Of a DNA stretch of 39,413 nt, positions 33,559 through 39,413 are shown one piece after another. Where the stretch lies: the IMG/VR virus record IMGVR_UViG_3300002461_000236, positions 1-39,413 of that record; one strand, 5' to 3'. The notes under the pieces are model-generated. The model worked only from the letters and a program-made list of their open reading frames with translations, made no database searches and was not told where the DNA came from. The first letter of the stretch is position 1. Each line of letters opens with the position of its first letter. The translations under genes were made by a program, and so were the position numbers. This DNA is from a virus.

Positions 33559-34194
33559 ATGCACATCGAATCCCTCACCATCAATCTGCTGCAGCCAAAT
33601 GCCCCGCAGACCAGCCAGATCGGCCTGGAGCAAGTTCTGCAAGCACTGCAAAACATTGCGAATGGCGGCATCGCATTGCACACCGCGACCGACTCAGCAG
33701 CGCCAGCGCCAGAGGTAGCCAACCACACACCACCCGCACCCGGCCAACCATGGCCCGGCCAGGGCGGCATCTACATCTGCACCCTGCCCGCCCAGTTTGG
33801 CCTGCCAGCGCGCCACCTGGTGGTGGGCGCCAACGAGGCCGAAGACCTGACCTGGGGCCCATACGGCGAAGAGGCTGAAGGCGCCACCAGCCAGACCGAT
33901 GGCCGCGCCAACACCGCCGCCTTGACCGCCAGCGGCAAAGGCCATCCCGCAGCTGTCTGGGCCAGCCAGTACACCGAAGACGGCCACACCGACTACTACC
34001 TACCCAGCCGCATCGAGCTGCTGATGTGCTACTTGCACGCACCCCAGGTGTTCAAGACATCGGGCTGGTACTGGAGCAGCTCGCAGTACTCGCGCAGCCA
34101 CGCCTGGTGCCAGGCCTTCGAGTACGGCTTCAGCCTCGCCCACTACAGGGGCAGCGAGTTCCGCGCTCGCCCCGTCCGCAGCATTCAACTTTAG
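33559..34194 (+). CDS. DUF1566 (Lcl C-terminal, C-type-lectin-fold) domain protein, paralog 1
   Basis: TDGRANTAAL...GHTDYYLPSRIELLMCY...GWYWSSSQYSRSHAWCQAFEYG...EFRARPVRSIQL matches the DUF1566 pattern (DG..NT, DW.LPS..EL, YWSS, VR.VR). Confidence 0.8.
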   Translation: MHIESLTINLLQPNAPQTSQIGLEQVLQALQNIANGGIALHTATDSAAPAPEVANHTPPAPGQPWPGQGGIYICTLPAQFGLPARHLVVGANEAEDLTWGPYGEEAEGATSQTDGRANTAALTASGKGHPAAVWASQYTEDGHTDYYLPSRIELLMCYLHAPQVFKTSGWYWSSSQYSRSHAWCQAFEYGFSLAHYRGSEFRARPVRSIQL

Positions 34195-34228
34195 CCCCTC
34201 ACCCCTTCGCCACTTTCACCCACCCACC

Positions 34229-34247
34229 ACCGGCGCGCGGCGCCGGT
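34229..34247 (+). promoter_or_regulatory. GC-rich hairpin downstream of DUF1566 paralog 1
   Basis: ACCGGCGC-gcg-GCGCCGGT, followed by ccgacgcaaaTTTTT. The same architecture occurs after paralog 2. Confidence 0.6.
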
Positions 34248-34277
34248 CCGACGCAAATTTTTGAAAGGCAACACCCC

Positions 34278-34778
34278 ATGCGCACCATCACCCTCCCCCT
34301 GTTCGGCGCCCTTCTTGCAACGCAAGGCGGCCACTTTGGCGCAATCCTGCGCGGCGCAGCAGCCGACGGCAGCGAAGACTTCGCCCTGATCGTGGCCGAG
34401 CAGTCGGCCGAGATCGAAGACGCCACCTGGTCCGACGAATACAAGATCATCGATGGCGCGGACAGCAAGACAGACGGCCCAGCCAACACCGCCGCCATGG
34501 CCGCCGCAGGCCTGCAGCTGGCCCAGCGCATCAAGGCCCTGGACCTGGGCGGCCATACCGACTGGTACCTGCCCGCCGCCGCCGAGCTGCGCGCCCTGTC
34601 GGCCACCGTGCCCGAGCTGTTCAACCAGCACGACTACTACTGGAGCAGCTCGCAGTACTCGCGCAGCTACGCCTGGTGCCAGGCCTTCGAGTACGGCGAC
34701 AGCAACGACGGCCTCAAGGACAACGAGTTCCGCGCTCGCCCCGTCCGCAGAGTTCAACTTCACACCTTGAACACTTAA
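34278..34778 (+). CDS. DUF1566 domain protein, paralog 2
   Basis: TDGPANTAAM...GHTDWYLPAAAELRAL...YYWSSSQYSRSYAWCQAFEYG...EFRARPVRRVQL. Confidence 0.8.
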   Translation: MRTITLPLFGALLATQGGHFGAILRGAAADGSEDFALIVAEQSAEIEDATWSDEYKIIDGADSKTDGPANTAAMAAAGLQLAQRIKALDLGGHTDWYLPAAAELRALSATVPELFNQHDYYWSSSQYSRSYAWCQAFEYGDSNDGLKDNEFRARPVRRVQLHTLNT

Positions 34779-34796
34779 ACCCTCCCCAGCAACACC

Positions 34797-34813
34797 ACGG
34801 CGCGTAGCGCCGT
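34797..34813 (+). promoter_or_regulatory. GC-rich hairpin downstream of DUF1566 paralog 2
   Basis: ACGGCGC-gta-GCGCCGT, followed by ccgcgcgaTTTTTT. Confidence 0.6.
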
Positions 34814-34853
34814 CCGCGCGATTTTTTGGCCCACCAGACCCAGCTTTGCACCC

Positions 34854-35231
34854 ATGTCTCTCGCCACCGACCTCGAAATCCACAAACAAGGCACCGCCCT
34901 ACTGGACCTGTGCGCCGACGTGCAGGCCCGCATCCCCCGCGCGTTCCGCGCGTCCATGGGGTACCGCATTTCGGATGAGTGTGTCGAGATACTGGTGCTG
35001 ATCGGCCGCGCCAACGCCGCCCGCCGCCGCACCCTGGCCAGTGCCCTGCAGCGCATCGAGCACTTGCCAGCAGCCGAGGTCTTCAGCGCAGGCAACAGCT
35101 ACCTGGGCCTGGTGCGCCAGGCCAGCCACAGCCACAAGGAGCGGGCGGCAGTGTGCCGCGCGCTGCTCAAGCGCGGGCACGCGGTTGAAGGGATGAATTT
35201 GAGCAAAGCATTCAGGAGGAATGAGGCATGA
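34854..35231 (+). CDS. Four-helix-bundle protein resembling the DGR accessory variability determinant (Avd)
   Basis: ARIPRAFRASMGYRISDECVEILVLIGRANAA parallels Bordetella phage BPP-1 bAvd SIPRKHGVAREMFLKCLLGQVELFIVAGKSN (from memory), and the FPK..R....Q..RA..SI..NIAEG pattern of 23S-IVS four-helix-bundle proteins. Confidence 0.5.
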   Translation: MSLATDLEIHKQGTALLDLCADVQARIPRAFRASMGYRISDECVEILVLIGRANAARRRTLASALQRIEHLPAAEVFSAGNSYLGLVRQASHSHKERAAVCRALLKRGHAVEGMNLSKAFRRNEA

Positions 35232-35620
35232 CCGACACCACCAAAGACCACACCCGCGTCACCCCCCAGGGCCAGGCCATGGGCAAAAACGCCACCCGGC
35301 TGGCTGCCCTGGGCCTGCAGCGCCTGCAAGCCGCAGGTCTTGCAGACGTACAGGCACCCATGCTGCGCACCGAAATGTGCAAAACCTGCGCCTGCCAGCC
35401 CAACACCGTGCCCAACGGCTGCCTGCAAACGCAACTGGACTTTTTGAAGGCTGCGACAGAGGGCCTGCCGTTCCGCTGCCACGCGCCCAAAGACGGCCGC
35501 ATCTGCGCAGGCTGGGCGAGAGTCCGCGCCGAACTGGTGGCCAACCCACTGCCGCCCGAGGCATTGAAGCTGATCGACAAGTGGGACTACACAGCACCGG
35601 ATGAGGAGCAACAGACATGA
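35228..35620 (+). CDS. Hypothetical Cys-rich protein
   Basis: 130 aa with MCKTCACQPNTVPNGC...PFRCHAPKDGRICAGW. ATGA overlap upstream. Confidence 0.65.
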   Translation: MTDTTKDHTRVTPQGQAMGKNATRLAALGLQRLQAAGLADVQAPMLRTEMCKTCACQPNTVPNGCLQTQLDFLKAATEGLPFRCHAPKDGRICAGWARVRAELVANPLPPEALKLIDKWDYTAPDEEQQT

Positions 35621-36357
35621 CAGACAAGCAACCCGACCGCGCAGAGCGGGAAGCGTTTGAGCAAGCCATGAACACCGCCCGGTTCTTCCCCCGCCAGATA
35701 GATTTCAGGAAGACCGCTTCGCCGAGCGGCAAGCGCGACGTGCTCGTCAACTCGCTTCTGGAATCTTGCTGGATCGGCTGGCAGGCCCGCGCAGCCCTTG
35801 CAGCACCCCAGCCCGGATATGTGCTGGTGCCAGTTGAGCCGACGCACGACATGCTGCGCGCTCTTTCTGGCGAATGGCACCCAAGCAGACATCAGCCGGA
35901 ACGCTATGCTGCCATGCTCGCAGCAGCCCGCAAGGCACCCCAGCAGGAAGCGCCAGCGGTGCCAGACGACCCGATGGATTGGAAGCTTCCATGCGATGTG
36001 ACTGTCGGGCACGGCACCATTGGCAAGGGCGTGCCACTGCGCACCTTGGTGACGCGCATGAAGGTGCTGTATGAAATGGCGACAGGCAAAAACGCCGACG
36101 AAGTTGCCAACAGGACACCGGAGCAGAGGGCCGCGCTGTTCGACGCATTCCGTGCGCAGCAGGCAGCACCCCAGCCCGAGGCTGCGGCGATGACGCGAGA
36201 GCAAGCACACGCCTTGCGCCAAGGCCACGAGATCGCTGCAGCCGATGCCTACTTTGAGGCACGCCCACAGATCGACAGCAACGACCGCCGCAAAGTCTTT
36301 GAGGCCGGGTTCCAGCGCGGCTGGGACGCAGCTTTGTCTGCACAAGGAGGTGTGTGA
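35617..36357 (+). CDS. Hypothetical protein
   Basis: 246 aa with ATGA overlaps on both sides. Confidence 0.65.
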   Translation: MTDKQPDRAEREAFEQAMNTARFFPRQIDFRKTASPSGKRDVLVNSLLESCWIGWQARAALAAPQPGYVLVPVEPTHDMLRALSGEWHPSRHQPERYAAMLAAARKAPQQEAPAVPDDPMDWKLPCDVTVGHGTIGKGVPLRTLVTRMKVLYEMATGKNADEVANRTPEQRAALFDAFRAQQAAPQPEAAAMTREQAHALRQGHEIAAADAYFEARPQIDSNDRRKVFEAGFQRGWDAALSAQGGV

Positions 36358-36632
36358 TGGCCCGCACCGTCATGCGCATCATGGGCGCCACTCTGCTGAG
36401 CGAGATCCCATGGAACATGATCGCGCCGCACGAGGCCCAGGCGCAATCCAATCATGGGCCGTCGTTGGAGCGTCTGGCACAGCGGGGAGGGCTGGGCGCC
36501 AGCGAAGCCATCGACATCATCGAGGGCCGCCGCTGGGGCTCTGCCAAACCGTGCATCGAGAACGAGCACTACCTCATCAATCTGGTGCGCTCGTGGCGCG
36601 CAACCATGACAGCAAAAGGAAACAAGCCATGA
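36354..36632 (+). CDS. Hypothetical protein
   Basis: 92 aa. The block IPWNMIAPHEAQAQSNHGPSLERLAQRGGLGASEAIDII looks like a conserved phage protein of unknown function. Confidence 0.65.
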   Translation: MMARTVMRIMGATLLSEIPWNMIAPHEAQAQSNHGPSLERLAQRGGLGASEAIDIIEGRRWGSAKPCIENEHYLINLVRSWRATMTAKGNKP

Positions 36633-36871
36633 TCGGCGACCTGCAACACACCCCCATCCAAGGCATCGTGATCAGCGCCGTGGGCCACGAAGGGCTGAGC
36701 GTGCTGGTCAACGGCAAGCCAGCGCGCCTGGCCATCATCGACGACAACGGCCAGGTGCTGGCCGCCGGCAGCGACGTGGCCAAAGAGGCCGAGGCCGTAT
36801 CGGTCAACAGCTACCGCAACTTTCTCAAGGGCCAGGGCTTTCTGCGCGTGCTCAGCAAACCACTCACCTAG
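36629..36871 (+). CDS. Hypothetical protein, last gene of the early operon
   Basis: Start MIGDLQHTPIQG (ATGA overlap). 80 aa. A strong terminator follows. Confidence 0.65.
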   Translation: MIGDLQHTPIQGIVISAVGHEGLSVLVNGKPARLAIIDDNGQVLAAGSDVAKEAEAVSVNSYRNFLKGQGFLRVLSKPLT

Positions 36872-36891
36872 CCACGCCGCCACCCCGAGCC

Positions 36892-36919
36892 AGCCCGCCC
36901 CGCGCGGGCTTTTTCTTTT
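36892..36919 (+). terminator. Rho-independent terminator of the early operon
   Basis: AGCCCGC-cccgc-GCGGGCT followed by TTTTCTTTT. Confidence 0.85.
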
Positions 36920-36960
36920 GTGCCCGTAGAATCGCGCCCGCACCACACGCTGGTGCACCG

Positions 36961-37017
36961 CTAGGGGTGTCCTGCGCCGGCGACGGCAAAGGGCTGAGAT
37001 CACACCCTTCGAACCTG
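36961..37017 (+). promoter_or_regulatory. TPP (THI-box) riboswitch-like element, 5' portion only
   Basis: CTAGGGGTGTCC...GGGCTGAGAtcACACCCTTCGAACCTG. GGGTGT (36965..36970) pairs with ACACCC (37002..37007) as P2. A P3-like stem CCT/AGG encloses GCCG-GCGA-CGGC (GNRA loop). The conserved CUGAGA and ACCC-UU-GAACCUG blocks are present. The pyrophosphate-sensing 3' half (GCG-AGGGA) is absent. Confidence 0.4.
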
Positions 37018-37019
37018 TT

Positions 37020-37044
37020 GCCTGCATAGTTTTACTTTGCAGGC
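37020..37044. other. 25-bp near-perfect palindrome (attP-core candidate for the serine integrase)
   Basis: GCCTGCAtAGT-TTT-ACTtTGCAGGC: 10/11 matching arms around a T-rich centre. It lies 65 bp upstream of the integrase gene and starts exactly where the riboswitch-like similarity stops. Confidence 0.35.
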
Positions 37045-37078
37045 TTGAGATCAGCCCCAAGCTACTCTAAGTAAACTA

Positions 37079-37103
37079 CCCTCTCGCCACCATATCGAGA
37101 GGG
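37079..37103 (+). promoter_or_regulatory. Hairpin sequestering the integrase Shine-Dalgarno sequence
   Basis: CCCTCTCG-9 nt-CGAGAGGG. The 3' arm contains the GAGAGGG SD, located 5 nt before ATG 37109. Confidence 0.55.
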
Positions 37104-37108
37104 ATCGC

Positions 37109-38731
37109 ATGCGCGAACGGGTTTACAGCTACCTGCGGTTTTCTGACGCCAAGCAGGCAGAGGGGTACAGCACCGAACGCCAGACCGCCTACGCCGAGGC
37201 GTGGGCCAAACAGCACGGCCTGCAGCTGGATGCTGAGCTGAGCATGCGGGACGAAGGGCTGTCGGCCTACCACCAGACGCACGTAAAACGGGGCGCGCTG
37301 GGTGTGTTTCTGGCGGCCGTTGAGGCTGGCCATGTGCCCACCGGGTCGGTGCTGGTGGTCGAAGGGCTGGACCGGCTGTCCCGCGCCGAGCCCATCCAGG
37401 CGCAGGCGCAGCTGGCATCCATCATCAACGCGGGCATTACCGTAGTGACGGCCAGCGACAACAAGGAATACAGCCGGGAGCGCCTGAAGGCCAACCCGAT
37501 GGACCTGGTGTACAGCCTGCTGGTGATGATCCGCGCCCACGAAGAAAGCGACACCAAGAGCAAGCGCGTGCGCGATGCCATCCGGCGACAGTGCCTGGGC
37601 TGGCAGTCGGGCGCCTTCCGCGGCCTGGTGCGCTACGGGCAGGCCCCGAGCTGGCTACAGGTCGTGGACGGCCGGTGGCAGCACATACCCGAGCGGGTGG
37701 CGGCACTGCGCGCGGCCGTGGCCATGTTCCTGCGGGGCCTGGGGTCTGGCGCCATCGCCAAGCGCCTGCATGAAGACGGCCTGACCATCAGCGGCAAGGT
37801 GCCGTCATCCGGCCACCTGGTGCGGCTGCTGCCCCACCCTGCGCTGGTGGGCGACAAGCACGTTGCGCTGGACGGCGAAACCTACGTGCTGGCCGACTAC
37901 TACCCGCCCGTCATCAGCCGGGACGAACAGGCCCAGGTGCTGCAGGCCATCGGCCAGCGCGGCCGGCGGCGGGTAAAGGGCGACATACCCTCACTGATCA
38001 CCGGCATGGGCATTACGGTGTGTGGCTACTGCGGGGCGCCCATGAAGGCGCAGACCATGGCCAACAAGCGCAAGGTGGACGGCACCATTCTGGACTGCAA
38101 CCGGCGCCTGCAGTGCACCCGGGTGAACCACGGCCAGCGCTGCAGCGTGGCGGGGTCTTGTTCGGTGGTGCCGATTGAGCGCGCCATCATGGGCTACTGC
38201 TCAGACCTGGTGAACCTGCAGGCCCTGAGCCGCGGCGACCGCACCGCCGCCCCACGGGCTGAGCTGGCCGCAGCGCATGCCCGCCTGCTGGAGATCGAAA
38301 CGCAGCTCACACGCCTGACAGATGCCCTGCTGCAGGCCGACGCGGGCCGGGCCCCCGCCACCTTCCTGAAACGCGCCCGCGAGCTGGAGGCCGAGCGCGA
38401 CACCTGGCAGGGCCGCGCCGCCACCGCCGAGCGGGCCCTGGTGGATTCAGCGCGCGCCGACATCGACGGCGTGGAACAGGTATGGCAGTCGCTGGCCAAG
38501 GGCGTGCTGGCGCTGGACATGGACGCCCGGTTGCAGGCCCGGCAGCTGATCGCCGACACCTTTGAGCGCATTGCCGTGTACCACAAGGGCGCCCGGGGCG
38601 ACAACCCGCGCGGCGTGCTCGACGTGCTGCTGGTGGCCAAGGGCGGCCACAGCCGCATGCTCAGCGTGGACGCGGCGGGGGCGTGGCTGGCAGGTGAGGT
38701 GATGGCGGACGAAGCGCAAGCCGAGCGGTAG
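37109..38731 (+). CDS. int: Large serine recombinase (integrase)
   Basis: The N-terminal resolvase domain (VYSYLRFSDAKQ...) carries the catalytic Ser in RFSD and LVVEGLDRLSR. A recombinase domain follows. The Cys cluster CGYCGAPM...CNRRLQC is a zinc ribbon. The C-terminus is coiled-coil. 540 aa. Confidence 0.9.
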   Translation: MRERVYSYLRFSDAKQAEGYSTERQTAYAEAWAKQHGLQLDAELSMRDEGLSAYHQTHVKRGALGVFLAAVEAGHVPTGSVLVVEGLDRLSRAEPIQAQAQLASIINAGITVVTASDNKEYSRERLKANPMDLVYSLLVMIRAHEESDTKSKRVRDAIRRQCLGWQSGAFRGLVRYGQAPSWLQVVDGRWQHIPERVAALRAAVAMFLRGLGSGAIAKRLHEDGLTISGKVPSSGHLVRLLPHPALVGDKHVALDGETYVLADYYPPVISRDEQAQVLQAIGQRGRRRVKGDIPSLITGMGITVCGYCGAPMKAQTMANKRKVDGTILDCNRRLQCTRVNHGQRCSVAGSCSVVPIERAIMGYCSDLVNLQALSRGDRTAAPRAELAAAHARLLEIETQLTRLTDALLQADAGRAPATFLKRARELEAERDTWQGRAATAERALVDSARADIDGVEQVWQSLAKGVLALDMDARLQARQLIADTFERIAVYHKGARGDNPRGVLDVLLVAKGGHSRMLSVDAAGAWLAGEVMADEAQAER

Positions 38732-38747
38732 GCGGCCCTCGGTGGTA

Positions 38748-38763
38748 CTGTATATTTATGCAG
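38748..38763. promoter_or_regulatory. LexA (SOS) box candidate 1
   Basis: taCTGTATATTTATGCAGtg fits CTGT-N8-ACAG with one mismatch and an AT-rich core. It lies 20 nt upstream of ATG 38784. Confidence 0.6.
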
Positions 38764-38783
38764 TGCTTTTACACGTTTTCAGG

Positions 38784-39152
38784 ATGCGCCACGACGGCCA
38801 GCGCCGAGCGGGCTCGGACCCTGCCCTGCGCAGGAGCGTGCGCGGGTGGCTGGAGTTCGTCCGATCCGATGGCGAAGGATCGCCCAGTTGGGAGGCGCAC
38901 CTGCGCAGTGAGCGCGGTGGTCACGACATCATCCCGCCCATCTATTACGCACACCTCCGGCGAGCTGATGGCGTGATGCACCTTGTGGGCCGTGAGGAAA
39001 TCGGGCGACCGAACCCCAAGGCCAAGGTGCGGCTGGTGGCTCAGTCCTGGCTGTGCGCTCAGGACCCGGCCGACGCACTGCCTCTGCTGCGGCGAGTGGT
39101 GATTGATTCGGTGACGGGGTTTTCGCCAGAGGATGACGACTTCCCAGAGTGA
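38784..39152 (+). CDS. Hypothetical protein downstream of a LexA box (candidate SOS-induced anti-repressor/induction factor)
   Basis: 122 aa from ATG 38784. The upstream part of the ORF-track ORF has low GC3 and contains the LexA box. There is no clear SD and no family was recognised. Confidence 0.55.
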   Translation: MRHDGQRRAGSDPALRRSVRGWLEFVRSDGEGSPSWEAHLRSERGGHDIIPPIYYAHLRRADGVMHLVGREEIGRPNPKAKVRLVAQSWLCAQDPADALPLLRRVVIDSVTGFSPEDDDFPE

Positions 39153-39168
39153 GCGCAAAACCGAAACA

Positions 39169-39184
39169 CTGTCTATCCAAACAG
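39169..39184. promoter_or_regulatory. LexA (SOS) box candidate 2
   Basis: CTGTctatccaaACAG has both conserved tetramers but a GC-richer core. It sits in the loop of the inverted repeat AAACCGAAA...TTTCGGTTT (39158..39196). Confidence 0.4.
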
Positions 39185-39312
39185 GCATTTCGGTTTCGGG
39201 CGGTACACTACCTGCCCGGCCGAGCAATTATTTCAACTTGGCTTGTGTTTCCGATATCATCCGCCGCAATCCCTGATGCATAGCCAGCATCCGGATTGCA
39301 CAGACAAAAGAA

Positions 39313-39348
39313 AGCCAACCACTCCCTACGGAACGGTCGGCTGCTTTT
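39313..39348 (+). terminator. Possible terminator spanning the repeat junction
   Basis: AGCCAACC-14 nt-GGTCGGCT (one mismatch) followed by gcTTTTgg. The 3' part is also present at 1..29. Confidence 0.35.
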
Positions 39349-39413
39349 GGCAATCGTCGCAGTCGTGGTGTGCCTCTACCAAAAGAACCCACTTCTGCAT
39401 TTCTGTGCAGCTC
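39320..39413. repeat. Terminal direct repeat, right copy (identical to 1..94)
   Basis: Exact 94-nt match to the start of the window. Confidence 0.95.

Noticed and set aside
33559-36357. An active, complete diversity-generating retroelement.
   Set aside because: No reverse-transcriptase-like ORF (no Y.DD motif) exists downstream of the Avd-like gene or anywhere in the six-frame track. There is no separate non-coding template repeat. The paralog differences are not restricted to adenine positions. It is therefore reported only as a DGR-like remnant or trans-dependent cassette.
37005-37020. tRNA fragment (TTCGAACC resembles a T-loop), which would suggest a tRNA-type att site.
   Set aside because: No flanking T-stem, acceptor stem or anticodon arm can be drawn. 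The context matches the ACCC-UU-GAACCUG block of the THI-box much better. The integrase is also a serine recombinase.

Overview
GC-rich, gene-dense window whose first and last 94 nt are identical. It therefore represents one complete phage genome of about 39.3 kb, either circularly closed or terminally redundant. The phage is temperate and siphovirus-like.

Minus strand, 976..24279, read in the direction of transcription:
- a 186-CII-like regulator, two unknown or DNA-binding proteins, and an O-like replication initiator with the origin iterons inside its own gene
- a candidate cos region, Nu1-type TerS, GpA-type TerL and a Mor-family activator
- gpW, a lambda-type portal, a fused prohead protease-major capsid protein, a DUF2190 decoration protein and two neck proteins
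- the tail tube, G/G-T chaperones with an A_AAA_AAC -1 slippery site, and a 1741-aa tape measure
- an unusually small tail-tip and fibre set
- a lysis cassette: two holin-like proteins, a GH19 endolysin, and Rz with embedded Rz1

Immunity region, 24.3-28.1 kb:
- a Cro/YdaS-like gene and a CI-like HTH-only repressor diverge from one operator set
- the same 15-bp TTCCCC-N3-GGGGAA palindrome recurs at a second divergent promoter region
- the two operator sets bracket the repressor plus two membrane-protein genes, a rexAB-like position

Plus strand, 28104..36871: about 20 mostly translationally coupled early genes, including an HD hydrolase, a Gp37/Gp68 DUF5131 protein, two DUF1566 paralogs and an Avd-like four-helix-bundle protein. 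These are followed by a terminator, a structured leader, a large serine integrase, a gene preceded by a LexA box, and (across the junction) a KilA-N protein.

Most noteworthy observations:
1. A DGR-like cassette without a reverse transcriptase: DUF1566 paralogs with a 27-nt hypervariable cassette between near-identical flanks, downstream GC hairpins, and an avd-like gene.
2. The 5' two-thirds of a TPP (THI-box) riboswitch-like element, a 25-bp palindrome and a Shine-Dalgarno (SD)-sequestering hairpin, all directly upstream of the serine integrase.
3. A 27-bp dyad motif present twice inside the head operon, next to the Mor-like gene.
4. A candidate LexA-controlled anti-repressor module paired with a repressor that has no peptidase domain.
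5. A well-supported antisense gene nested inside an early gene.

All functional calls come from reading the translations and from remembered family motifs. No database search was run.
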